Counted from the stretch's first letter, positions 19,427 through 29,469 are shown. The stretch is DNA of 64,000 bases from Candidatus Methanoperedenaceae archaeon (GCA_963753595.1 CAVWCX010000020.1:16280-80279); one strand, 5' to 3'. Numbers and translations are program-made. The notes: generated by a model not told the origin, from the letters alone.

Positions 19427-19717
19427 TTAAACTTTATCCAGCAGCTCAACGCCTGTTTTCTTTACATTGGGCTTGTTGATCTTTGCTGGCATCCACTTTG
19501 GTTTGTTCTTTGGAGCAGCAACGACTTCTGTCCATCCCTTGTAGATGTGGATCTTCTTTGTTCCTCTCTCCCTTAATCTTAATTCGACTGGTTTTGATTT
19601 TGTCCCTTTGCTGCGATTGGCTGCCTTTAATGCTGCCTGGCGCGGCTGGTGACCTGTAAATACTCCAGTCTCTTTACCATTCTTTTCCCGTAATACAAAA
19701 TTTCTTATTTCTGCCAT
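19427..19717 (-). CDS. Non-histone chromosomal protein MC1
   Basis: RNFVLR, GVFTGHQPRQAALKAANR, LRERGTKK, PKWMP. Confidence 0.95.
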   Translation of the reverse strand: MAEIRNFVLREKNGKETGVFTGHQPRQAALKAANRSKGTKSKPVELRLRERGTKKIHIYKGWTEVVAAPKNKPKWMPAKINKPNVKKTGVELLDKV

Positions 19718-20052
19718 ATTTTATTCATACCCCGACAACGAATTGTTGTCTAGTAGTACAATCATGCATCATAGTATATAAATGTTGTTGTGAAAACTGT
19801 GGCAAAGCCTATTGTTTTAAAAAAATGATTCTATACATAGTGGTATTTCAACGGTTGAAAAAACCGAATCAGTAGGATTAAAATGAAAATTGTATGAATA
19901 TAAACCAATTGTCATAGAATAGTTATACAATATAAAAATAAACAAAACAGCATGTATGGGTGGAATTTATGAATATATACATAATTCATGCAATAATTTG
20001 ACAGATTTTCTTTCCAGCACTTTAATATTCCCTTCAAACAAAAAAGGGATTG

Positions 20053-21462
20053 TGCCCCTTAATAATAGAGTCAGGAAAAATGTGTTTGACCTTGTACCAT
20101 GCATTCACGGCGCAAGATTATCGGAAAGTGCCCGAACCGCTGGAAAGACTACGCAAGAGCTGCTCGATTTCAGTGTTAACATCAATCCACTGGGGCCGCC
20201 AAAATTAAGATCGATATTATCAGCCGCCTGCAAGGACATAAATAATTACCCTGATAACAGATATCCGGGTTTTAAAAAAGCAGCGGCTGATTATCTTGGG
20301 GTGGCCTCTGAAAATATAGTTCCCGGAAATGGCTCGTCAGAATTGATCCGCCTTTTTGCAGAAACGGTCATTGAGCCGCTAGATCTGGTAATTATTCCGG
20401 CTCCCACTTTCGCTGAGTATGAATTCCAGTGCCGCCTCCTGGGCGCGCGCATTGAAAATGTCAATTACGATGATCTTTTAAACACAAATATTGATAATTG
20501 TAAAGCTGTTTTCCTGTGCAATCCAAATAATCCTACAGGAAAGCTCCTGGATCGAAAAGAAGTCCTTTTGTTTGCTGAAAAATGCACCCGTGCGGAGGTT
20601 TTTTTATTTGTGGATGAGGCATTCATTGAACTTGCCGATCCAGGCGAAAGTATTGCAGATGTAGCAGCATATAACGATTTTGTCATAGTATTGCGTTCAC
20701 TTACTAAAACGTTCGCTGTCCCCGGATTAAGGATCGGTTTTGCTGTTGCATCCCCTGTTCTGGCAGGCCTTATGAACAATATCCGCCTTCACTGGAACAT
20801 GAACTCTATTGCCGCAGCAGTGGGTGAAGATCTTCTTGCTGATAATCAGGATTATATCAACAGGTCACTTGGATTATTAAAGAAAGAACGCGAATGGCTG
20901 ACATCAAAACTTGCTTCCGTCAGGGGCTTTAAACCATACCCCAGCGATACGAATTTTATCCTTGTTGATATCAGGGAGTTTGGTTTAAGTTCTCTGCAGC
21001 TCACAGAACGCATGTTAAGACATGGCATCATTATTCGGGATTGTGCTTCTTTTGATCTTGAAAATCACATCCGTGTGGCTGTGCGAAAGAGAAGCGAGAA
21101 CCGCACCCTGATCGCGGCAATCCTTGCGCGTTATAAAAGAATGGGGAAGCGAACTTGCAGAAAATGAGATTGGTAAAGCACTTGACCGGGGAGTTGCCGC
21201 GAGAAGCAGGATCGACTGTGAATATTACCCGTGCCATTTTTCAGGACAGGATTGCACATTCTGTTTCTGTCCCTTCTACCCGTGTGAAAATACCAGGACA
21301 GGAGGAGAACTTATTCATAGATCAACAGGCGGGACAGTCTGGAGCTGCGCAGGCTGCAACCTCATACACCAGGGGAATATCGCGGAAAATGTGCTAAAAG
21401 AGCTGATGAGCGGCAGGAAAATAAAGGAAGCCTGGAAACTTGTAATGGAGCCTGTTTTATAA
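20053..21462 (+). CDS. cobD: Threonine-phosphate decarboxylase CobD with a C-terminal Cys-rich domain; apparent frameshift near 21120
   Basis: HGA, DFSVNINPLGPP, CNPNNPTG, DEAF, SLTKTFAVPGLRIG; the other frame continues into CEYYPCHF..CTFCFCPFYPC..WSCAGC; start approximate. Confidence 0.82.
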
Positions 21463-22376
21463 TGGATTTCTGGATACAGGTTTTACTGCTTGCGGTTCTT
21501 TTTGATATTATATTAGGAGAGATGCCTTCGTTTTTTCATCCGGTCGTGTGGATGGGAAAACTCATCAACCTGTTCGTGGACGCCGCCCCGCACCATTACA
21601 GGAAAATATATGGTCTATTCATGGTGATTTTTTGTGCAGGGATAACGGTTTTACTGGCAATATCCCTTGAATTGACAGGAACAGGAATTTTTGGACTGGT
21701 AATTACAGCATATTTTCTGAAATCCAGCTTTTCAATTCGCATGCTACTTGTTTCTGCCATCGGGATAAAAAAAGACCTTGATTCGGGAAAAATCGAAAAA
21801 GTAAGAAGTGACTTAAAAACCTTTGTGGGCAGGGATACATCAAAACTCAGCGAGCATCAATCGGCATCAGCTGTAATAGAATCATTGGCAGAGAGCTTTG
21901 TTGACGGCATATTATCACCTTTATTTTATTTCCTGGTTTTCGGTCTTCCGGGTGCACTTACTTACCGCATGATAAATACGCTTGATTCCATGGTTGGTTA
22001 TAAGAAAGAGCCCTTCAGGGAGCTTGGGTATGCAGCGGCAAAGGTTGATGATATTGTCAATTTAGTACCCGCGAGAATGTCACTCGTGATTATTTTTATA
22101 TCGTCAATTTTCTTTGGTAAACCGCTTGATGCCCTAAAAACCTGCGTCCTTGACCATAATAAGACTGCTTCCCCAAATTCAGGGTGGCCGATGGCTGCCG
22201 TTTCAGGCGCGCTCAATGTTCGGCTTGAAAAAGTTGGATATCATGTATTGGGGGATAAATATCAGCATCCAGGGGCAATACATATAAAAAAAGCAGTGTT
22301 TTTAGTGGGTTTTTCCTCTTTAATAGTTATTGGAGTAATATTTTTAATAGGAAAGATTCCTTTAGTCTTGTTTTGA
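21462..22376 (+). CDS. cbiB: Adenosylcobinamide-phosphate synthase
   Basis: HPVVWMG, VGRDT, ESLAES, YRMINTLDSMVGYK, SPNSGWP. Confidence 0.93.
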   Translation: MDFWIQVLLLAVLFDIILGEMPSFFHPVVWMGKLINLFVDAAPHHYRKIYGLFMVIFCAGITVLLAISLELTGTGIFGLVITAYFLKSSFSIRMLLVSAIGIKKDLDSGKIEKVRSDLKTFVGRDTSKLSEHQSASAVIESLAESFVDGILSPLFYFLVFGLPGALTYRMINTLDSMVGYKKEPFRELGYAAAKVDDIVNLVPARMSLVIIFISSIFFGKPLDALKTCVLDHNKTASPNSGWPMAAVSGALNVRLEKVGYHVLGDKYQHPGAIHIKKAVFLVGFSSLIVIGVIFLIGKIPLVLF

Positions 22377-22438
22377 ACTAAAAACCGCAAGAACATAGAT
22401 ATAGATTTAAATAAGGTAATAAGGGATTTATAAAATGG

Positions 22439-22579
22439 AACCGCAGATAAACGCAAATGAACGCAGATTGAATGAATCGGCTGAGCAGATCATTATGGAG
22501 AGCCATGTGTGTGGGCGATGTCAACTGGCGCAGCGTTCCAGTACAGCAAATCAGCGATTCTGGGCGTTCATCTGCGGTT
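22439..22579. repeat. 9-nt-periodic palindromic element, CGCAGAT/ATCTGCG flavour, with a residual internal segment
   Basis: Left AACCGCAGATAAACGCAAATGAACGCAGATT; right AATCAGCGATTCTGGGCGTTCATCTGCGGTT; lies between cbiB and cobZ. Confidence 0.8.
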
Positions 22580-22637
22580 TATTTAAATTTGAAATATTGA
22601 ACACCCACAAAGAAAGTTTGAATTATTGGAGAAACTT

Positions 22638-23252
22638 ATGAAATTATCAAATATCAAAAATGAAAAAAAGAAAAAGAACCAGCCCAATGATGTTGACACT
22701 TCTAATACGACAAGCATCATGAAAGTCTTTGAAGATGCAGGACTTTCTGAAGATGTTCTTGTTCACGCTGCCATAGAACTTTATGTACCCCATCCCGGAG
22801 TTGAAACAAAGGAAATCGCAGAAAAGGTATTTAAAAGAGAATTAAAACACGCCCTCTCTGATCCCAACCTGTGCATCCTGATATATTCAGGAATGCTTCT
22901 TGAAAAAGCGGGGGAGAAAGGCGAGCTTCCGGGAATGACCAAAGAGACTTTTAATAAAGACCTGACATTTCTTATTGTGGATGAAGTGATCGGGATGAGT
23001 ATCGCAAAATACATCAGCGGTGACAAGGGGATCTTTGAATATGTGAGATTTGACAAATTAAAACCCGGTATCCTGTCAACACTTGGACCTTTTATGGATG
23101 ATGTTGTCGCCGGGCTCATAGGAGGAGCATCCGCGAATATGTATTCAAGAGGAAAGGGCGATGGGGCAAAACATGAAAAAAAGAAAGTAAAAAAGACAAA
23201 ACCAAGAAAGATGGATAAGCCCAATATAAAAGCAGGCGGTTTCGCCGGATGA
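22638..23252 (+). CDS. cobZ: Alpha-ribazole phosphatase, archaeal CobZ type
   Basis: LYVPHPG, DPNLC, DEVIG, FDKLKPG, LGPFMDD; position within the cob operon. Confidence 0.85.
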   Translation: MKLSNIKNEKKKKNQPNDVDTSNTTSIMKVFEDAGLSEDVLVHAAIELYVPHPGVETKEIAEKVFKRELKHALSDPNLCILIYSGMLLEKAGEKGELPGMTKETFNKDLTFLIVDEVIGMSIAKYISGDKGIFEYVRFDKLKPGILSTLGPFMDDVVAGLIGGASANMYSRGKGDGAKHEKKKVKKTKPRKMDKPNIKAGGFAG

Positions 23253-24019
23253 GGAAGTTCCTGTCAGCCATACGAAGTGGTTTTGGTTTCCTTTCAACGA
23301 TACCTGTGGGAATAACCATGGAGGGGATCGAAAATCTCATGAAGCATATATACCTGTTCCCGGTAGTAGGCTCTATTATTGGTATTATTTTTGCATTAAT
23401 TGTGGTCGCGTTGACAACATTTACGATATTGCCTCCAATAATGGTCTCACTATTTGTCATTATAGCGATCTATTATTTCACAGGATTCAATCATATTGAC
23501 GGGCTTGCTGATTTTGGCGATGGCCTGGCAGCGCATGGGACAAAAGAGAAAAAGATCGCTGCCATGCGTGACACCGCTATTGGTACGGGCGGCATTGTTT
23601 TTTGTATGATAGCGCTACTTGGCGTTTTCGTATCTCTTGTTTCAATCCAGGAATTAAATATTTTCCTCCTTCTTCCTTATGCATTGATAGTGGCGGAAAC
23701 AAGCGCCAAACAATCCATGGTCACGGTAGCGGCTTTTGGGACGCGGCTTCATGCGGGTTTCGGGGCAATAACCGTTGATAATACGAAGCTGTCAGACTTA
23801 ATTATCGGGACTGTTTTTTCGGCAGCAGTTTGTTTTTTTGTTCTTGGTGTCATCGGTATCGGAGCATTCATAATATCGCAATTGTCAGGGCTTCTTGTTC
23901 TTAATACTGCAAACCGCCATTTTGGGGGTGTGAGCGGGGATGTCGTGGGCGCGGCAAATGAGATCGGGCGACTCGCAGCCTTGCTTTATATCGGAGGTGC
24001 CGGATGGATGCTGTTGTAA
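23249..24019 (+). CDS. cobS: Cobalamin synthase
   Basis: FLSTIP, GFNHIDGLADFGDG, MRD..IGTGG, FGGVSGDVVGA. Confidence 0.93.
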   Translation: MRKFLSAIRSGFGFLSTIPVGITMEGIENLMKHIYLFPVVGSIIGIIFALIVVALTTFTILPPIMVSLFVIIAIYYFTGFNHIDGLADFGDGLAAHGTKEKKIAAMRDTAIGTGGIVFCMIALLGVFVSLVSIQELNIFLLLPYALIVAETSAKQSMVTVAAFGTRLHAGFGAITVDNTKLSDLIIGTVFSAAVCFFVLGVIGIGAFIISQLSGLLVLNTANRHFGGVSGDVVGAANEIGRLAALLYIGGAGWMLL

Positions 24020-24621
24020 TGGCTGGCGGTAAAGGAGTGCGTCTTGGTAAGGATGAAAAACCACTCACACTCCTGTGCGGGAAACCGCTGATACAATATG
24101 TTCTCGAAGCGCTTCTTGGTTCAAAGAACATCGAACGCATAATTGTGGCCACATCACCAAGAGTGAAAAGAACTAATGAGTGGCTTGATGATTTTAAGAA
24201 AGACCATCATGAAATTGAAATTATTCATACGCAAGGTTCAGGTTTTGTTCATGACATGATAGGCGCGGTGGAAGAAGCAGGTATCAGGGGACGTGTACTC
24301 ATTATGATGGCTGACCTTCCTCTTGTCACCAGCGGACTTATAGACAGGATAATCGAAAAATATTTTGAAGTGAACACACCTGCGCTTTCAGTTCACATGA
24401 AACTTGAGGTATTCACAAGGCTTGGTTTAAGGCCGGATACTGTTTTTCATAAGAATAGCGATTTCATTGTCCCATGCGGGATAAACATACTTGATGCAGA
24501 AAATATCCGCAATGAGCAGGAGGATTATAATCTTATCCTGGATGAGGAGGAGCTGGCGCTTAATGTTAATGCGCCGGAAGACCTTGCTGTTTGCGAGAGG
24601 CTTTTGGAGGATAGAGGCTGA
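24004..24621 (+). CDS. cobY: GTP:adenosylcobinamide-phosphate guanylyltransferase
   Basis: MAGGKGVRL..EKPL, ADLP, PCGINI, NVN..EDL. Confidence 0.88.
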   Translation: MDAVVMAGGKGVRLGKDEKPLTLLCGKPLIQYVLEALLGSKNIERIIVATSPRVKRTNEWLDDFKKDHHEIEIIHTQGSGFVHDMIGAVEEAGIRGRVLIMMADLPLVTSGLIDRIIEKYFEVNTPALSVHMKLEVFTRLGLRPDTVFHKNSDFIVPCGINILDAENIRNEQEDYNLILDEEELALNVNAPEDLAVCERLLEDRG

Positions 24622-24673
24622 AATCCGCCATGGTCAGCGGCTTTTTAACTAATTCTTTATTGCAGCGAAAATC

Positions 24674-24743
24674 AACCACAGAGAACACAGAGTTCACAGA
24701 GATTGGCTGTTTATTCTCTGTGTCCTCTGTGCACTCTGTGGTT
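24674..24743. repeat. 9-nt-periodic palindromic element, CACAGAG/CTCTGTG flavour
   Basis: AACCACAGAG AACACAGAG TTCACAGAG - spacer - CTCTGTGTC CTCTGTGCA CTCTGTGGTT. Confidence 0.88.
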
Positions 24744-24778
24744 TTTACACTATCTTAACAAAATAAAAAGTATTTTTT

Positions 24779-25528
24779 TCAGCCTATGTAACTCAAATCG
24801 TCGTCTTTTTTTCTCTTTTCATTGATCTCTTTTAAGTGTCTCTTTAAGCTGTCATCAAATTTTTTTACTTCTATCTCGATCTTACTCAGGTCAATATCGA
24901 TCTCCATAAGCTCGGAAACTTTTTTTATCCCTGCGTAACATGCTTTTATATCCAGGGCTTCGGGAAATGCTGTCTGGCTGAGGAGTGAGATCCCATTTAT
25001 TCCATTTCGCAATGCAGATTCTATTACAACCCCATTAACACCGCTTATCTGAAGCCTGCCATCAGATATTTTTATTCCCTTGCTCTCCAGGAAAGTTATG
25101 AGTTCGGGTGTGGTTGCAACTCCGGATACTTCCGGTTCTTCAACATAATTTTTTATATGTGTGGCAATTACCGTATAAATTATTTCAACACCCATTAGCT
25201 TTGCCGCTTCTACGATTTTCTCAGCAAGCTCGTTATCTGTTGCAGGATGGCCAAATTGCATTTCACCCGAGAATAAGATGATATTTTTTTCCTGTGAATA
25301 GTAAAATTTGAATGGGCTAACGTCACGGTCCATAGGTATTACAAGACCCTTATCAAAACAGGCAACGGAAGGTGAAAGATAAGGAACATGAATATCCGCG
25401 AAAAATTCCGGTTTCAGGCAGTCCATAATATAGTCAATAGTGTTTTTGGCAACCATTCCCATACCTGGAAGACCCACTAACATGCGGGGTTTATCCATTT
25501 CCGGTTTCTTATGAAATCTAATTTCCAT
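24779..25528 (-). CDS. PAC2 family proteasome assembly chaperone
   Basis: GLPGMGMVA, ISGVNG, GISLL..T motifs. Confidence 0.8.
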   Translation of the reverse strand: MEIRFHKKPEMDKPRMLVGLPGMGMVAKNTIDYIMDCLKPEFFADIHVPYLSPSVACFDKGLVIPMDRDVSPFKFYYSQEKNIILFSGEMQFGHPATDNELAEKIVEAAKLMGVEIIYTVIATHIKNYVEEPEVSGVATTPELITFLESKGIKISDGRLQISGVNGVVIESALRNGINGISLLSQTAFPEALDIKACYAGIKKVSELMEIDIDLSKIEIEVKKFDDSLKRHLKEINEKRKKDDDLSYIG

Positions 25529-25730
25529 AGTAGTGTTTCCTTAATTACGTCATCGTATTTTAGTATATTGGCAAAATGAGACGATTCTTGTTGGAAATTT
25601 GATAATATTAAAATTAATTAATCAGTCTGTTTCCGGTCATAAAAGCAACTTCATAATGATAATTGTTTTGAGCATAAAAATATTATAACACCTATATAAG
25701 TTATTAAATACATTTTCGTGCCGTGGTACA

Positions 25731-27722
25731 ATGAAAAATGACGAATTAAAATGTCCGGAAAATGCAACCAGTGAAATGATCAGACACGCACATGTGCTGG
25801 GAATAGAAACAATTTTCGATAGAAATGGAAATTATAGTACAGGAGAATGCAAGAAAGCAAAATGTAATTTTGGCTCAAGAGGAATATGCTGCAAGCAATG
25901 TATGCTGGGGCCATGCAGGATTTCCGGCCGTTCATTAAAAGGAACATGCGGTGCAAGTGCTGATACTATTGTTGCACGAAATCTTCTCATGATGATAGGA
26001 AGAGGTACTGCAGCACATTCGTCCCATGCCCTGCATGTGGCATCAACATTACTCAAGGCAGTCCGGAACAATACAACATTTCGGATAAAAGAACCGATAA
26101 AATTAGAATCGATCGCAAGGAAAATCAATTGCAACGAAGAGGGGATCAAAGCCATGGGTACAGCTGTCGCGGAACTGGCAATATCCGATATCATGGGCGA
26201 TCAAGAACACATGAGATTTGCCAGATCATATTATCCCCCTGATGTTTTCAGGGATCTTTCAAATCTTAGGGTAATGCATGGATCCATAGGAAGGGAATTG
26301 CTTGATTCGGGGCATGAAACCTCTATGGGTACAATGGCCGATCCCACTGAGTTCATACTGCATGCAGCAAGGCTGGGAGTTGCGGATATTTCATCACTTA
26401 TAATAAGTGCGGAATTACAGGATGTGCTTTTTGGCACGCCAAAAATATTCTCTTCAAAGATCGGGTTCAATGTGCTTGAAAAGGATAAAGTGAATGTGGT
26501 AATTCATGGTCATGTTCCACTACTTTCAGAGAAGATCATTGAATTTTCCGAGGATCCCCGGCTCCTGGAAAAAGCAAGATCTCTTGGTGCGAATGGAATA
26601 AATATAGTAGGCTGCTGCTGCACAGGGAACGATGCATTGATGAGACATGGAATTCCAGTTGCCGGAAGTAATATTCACCAGGAACTTATAATTGCGACAG
26701 GACTCGCTGAAGCCGTAGTCGTTGATGTCCAGTGTATTTATCCCAATATTGAGAATGTTGCAAAGCATTTTCATACAAAGATCATATCAACTATGAAAGA
26801 AGCAAGATTTGAGAGTGCGCAACACATACCTTTCGATGACGAAAATGCGGATGATGCTGCAAAAAGTATCCTTATTGCAGCGATCGAGAATTTTCCGAAA
26901 AGGGGCAAAATCTTCCTGCCGGGAGAGAAGCCTCATGACCTTATGGCAGGTTTCTCGGTTGAGAACATTCTTGGTGTTCTTGCTGCAATAAATCCGCAAG
27001 ACCCGTTCAAACCATTAATAGAAAGTATAAAATCAGGAGATATAAATGGAATTGTCCTGATGGCAGGCTGCATAAGCCCCGAAATGACCGAGTCCAGCCA
27101 GGTGATCATTGCAAAAGAATTATTAAAGCAGAACGTACTTGTTTTCACAACAGGATGTGCTGCGCAGGCATGTGCAAGAGGGGACCTTCTTACCCCAGAA
27201 GCTACAATGGAATTTGCAGGCGATAAATTAAAAGGGGTATTGAAATCACTTGGTGATGCAGCAGGTCTGGGAAAGCCGCTTCCTCCCGTATGGCATTTCG
27301 GGGGTTGCGTTGACAACTCAAGGGTCATCATTCTTGCAATTGCACTTGCACAGAAGATGGGCATAAGATTAAAAGATATGCCTATAGCTGCATCAGCTTC
27401 CGATTGGGTGGCTGAAAAGGCCGCTGCAATAGGAACAGGCTCCGTAGCCCTGGGTATTACAGTCCACCTGGGGAGAGCGCCGCCAATTCTTGGAGGACCT
27501 GAAGTTGTTACTTTACTGACCCGGAAATCAGAGGAACTCTTTGGTGCCAGGTTCATTATTGAAGAAGATCCGATAAAAGCATCGAAGCTGCTTCTTTTGC
27601 ATATCGGGAATGCAAGGGAAAAATTGGGTCTGTCCAGTGTCAGGGTATCGGATAGATCACCAGGGCAAAACAGCGAGGGATATTTCATCTCCCCTGAACT
27701 TGATGAATTCGTCAATCCTTAA
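25731..27722 (+). CDS. cooS: Anaerobic Ni-CO dehydrogenase catalytic subunit
   Basis: CxFGxxGICCKQCMLGPC (D/B clusters), AAHSSHA, HGHVP, GCCCTG, DVQC, AGC, TGC, GCVDNSR, EKA. Confidence 0.93.
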   Translation: MKNDELKCPENATSEMIRHAHVLGIETIFDRNGNYSTGECKKAKCNFGSRGICCKQCMLGPCRISGRSLKGTCGASADTIVARNLLMMIGRGTAAHSSHALHVASTLLKAVRNNTTFRIKEPIKLESIARKINCNEEGIKAMGTAVAELAISDIMGDQEHMRFARSYYPPDVFRDLSNLRVMHGSIGRELLDSGHETSMGTMADPTEFILHAARLGVADISSLIISAELQDVLFGTPKIFSSKIGFNVLEKDKVNVVIHGHVPLLSEKIIEFSEDPRLLEKARSLGANGINIVGCCCTGNDALMRHGIPVAGSNIHQELIIATGLAEAVVVDVQCIYPNIENVAKHFHTKIISTMKEARFESAQHIPFDDENADDAAKSILIAAIENFPKRGKIFLPGEKPHDLMAGFSVENILGVLAAINPQDPFKPLIESIKSGDINGIVLMAGCISPEMTESSQVIIAKELLKQNVLVFTTGCAAQACARGDLLTPEATMEFAGDKLKGVLKSLGDAAGLGKPLPPVWHFGGCVDNSRVIILAIALAQKMGIRLKDMPIAASASDWVAEKAAAIGTGSVALGITVHLGRAPPILGGPEVVTLLTRKSEELFGARFIIEEDPIKASKLLLLHIGNAREKLGLSSVRVSDRSPGQNSEGYFISPELDEFVNP

Positions 27723-27723
27723 A

Positions 27724-27870
27724 TCAGTTTGCAGACATATAAATAGCGATCTTGGCGATATCACCGCTGTAACTTGCTATTCTTCCAGGGCTATCCAGCA
27801 TGGTTTTTTGCAGGATAGCGGATTGGATATTTTTCTTGCATCAGTATATGCTTTTCATCAGGTAATTTGA
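27724..27870 (-). pseudogene. Possible remnant of a PhoU-domain protein C-terminus
   Basis: Manual translation ...MLDSPGRIASYSGDIAKIAIYMSAN* with an upstream in-frame stop; resembles the archaeal PhoU tail. Confidence 0.3.
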
Positions 27871-27990
27871 CAAAGTAAAGTTAAATATATATACTATGAA
27901 ATTATTTATGATGATACTAATCATTATTAGTCACGGATAATGTCTTTAAATTATCCGTCGAAACGCGAACCAAACAAAGGAGGATTAAAA

Positions 27991-28515
27991 ATGAAAGGTG
28001 CAATAGTTCAATGTTTAGGAGATCTCGTAAAATCAAATTTTGGAAATGATAAATGGGAACAGTCCATGGAAACAGCTGGCATGAGTAAAACTTCCTTTTT
28101 CACACCGATTCAGAATGTGGATGATGAAAAAGTAATGAAAATCATTGACTCATTATGCAAGGTTGCTAACATTTCGCCTGCACAGGCAGCTGATGCATTT
28201 GGTGATTATTGGGTTAATGTCTATGCTCCCAAGTTATATGGTTCATATTACAAAGGAGCAAATACCTCAAAAGAATTACTTTTGAAGATGGATGGGATCC
28301 ACGATAGCGTTACGAAAAATATTCAGAACGCTCGACCCCCCAGATTTGAGTATGAATGGAAGGATAATAAGACGTTGATCTTAAAATACAAGTCCAATCG
28401 TGGATTAATAGATATTCTCATGGGACTTGTAAAAGGCGTAGGAAAATATTATAAAGAAGACCTGAAAGTAACGAAACTTTCAAGTGATAGATTGCAGGTA
28501 ATTTTTCCTAACTGA
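27991..28515 (+). CDS. Stand-alone H-NOX (heme NO-binding) domain protein
   Basis: MKGAIV start, proximal His (DGIHDSV), PPRF, Y-x-S-x-R (YKSNRG); GGAGG RBS. Confidence 0.9.
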   Translation: MKGAIVQCLGDLVKSNFGNDKWEQSMETAGMSKTSFFTPIQNVDDEKVMKIIDSLCKVANISPAQAADAFGDYWVNVYAPKLYGSYYKGANTSKELLLKMDGIHDSVTKNIQNARPPRFEYEWKDNKTLILKYKSNRGLIDILMGLVKGVGKYYKEDLKVTKLSSDRLQVIFPN

Positions 28516-28755
28516 GCCAGTATTAAAATCTCAATCTTTTCTTTTTTTTATATAAAATCAACATCTTCCCGCGATATTTCAATCTCGTTTACACCAATCG
28601 TAAACTATAAATACTATCGTTCGTATATATCCGAATTGTAGTGGGCAGAAAACAAATTTTTTCATATACCACCACCCCCTAACCTGCCCACTTACATCCT
28701 ATACAAGATCCTGAGTCGATTTTTCAATATTATGTCAATTATATCCTGACTTTGA

Positions 28756-29469
28756 TCAATCACTTACAGAATAAGTCACCATCTTCCTGTCCAGTCTCTT
28801 ATCCGCAGGATCATCTTCCACATCAAAATGCGGGATCCCATATTCATCATTCATTTTCGAAACAATTGTCTCAAAGTCAGAACCAGCCATCAGTTCGCTT
28901 ATCAACACCACCACAGGTCCGATTATCATATAATCGCAAAACCATTTATGTAAAATAAGGTCAACCCCATCGCCTCCGACATAATTCCTGAATACATCCT
29001 TATAATACATTTCACTCTTGCAGCAATCAAGATAATACAACTGGTATGGTTTCCTGTCAGGAAGGTCAAATCCTTCTTTCATGGCATCAGTAAAATAACT
29101 CACATCATCGCTCAGGCTCAAGTGTTTACCATATCCCGCATGCGTTTTCAGGTATATGAGATCTTCATTCGCAAGACTTTCGCGCCATGTCTCCTGCAGG
29201 TTCCCGCTGAAATTACGGCCAAGAAAAAGACGTATTCTTGCCTTTATATTTTTATTATTGTAATTGAATGTTTTTTGATACTCCACAAACCCGCGTTTGC
29301 TATCGGTCAACCTGAAGCCGATCGATATTAGTCTATGCCTTGCTTCAAGAAAGACCGTGAAATCAAAATTTGCACCCAGGGGGTCAGGTCCGATCAGGAA
29401 GGTCGCGTTGAATTTGCCTTCGCTAAAGAGCAGGTCATATCTTGGGGCAATTCTGGTTATTTTTGCCAT
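28756..29469 (-). CDS. Hypothetical protein, possible caspase/CHAT-like fold
   Basis: DLIYLKTHAGYG and QLYYLDCCKS resemble His/Cys dyad strands. Confidence 0.55.
   Translation of the reverse strand: MAKITRIAPRYDLLFSEGKFNATFLIGPDPLGANFDFTVFLEARHRLISIGFRLTDSKRGFVEYQKTFNYNNKNIKARIRLFLGRNFSGNLQETWRESLANEDLIYLKTHAGYGKHLSLSDDVSYFTDAMKEGFDLPDRKPYQLYYLDCCKSEMYYKDVFRNYVGGDGVDLILHKWFCDYMIIGPVVVLISELMAGSDFETIVSKMNDEYGIPHFDVEDDPADKRLDRKMVTYSVSD

Noticed and set aside
21110-21135. Programmed ribosomal frameshift in cobD
   Set aside because: No slippery heptamer or homopolymer at the junction; a simple indel is more parsimonious.
26933-27715. Long antisense ORFs (this one, also 6154-6753, 16682-17230, 18400-18942, 49472-50182, 51064-51801)
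   Set aside because: They shadow well-supported genes on the opposite strand and have no recognisable motifs.
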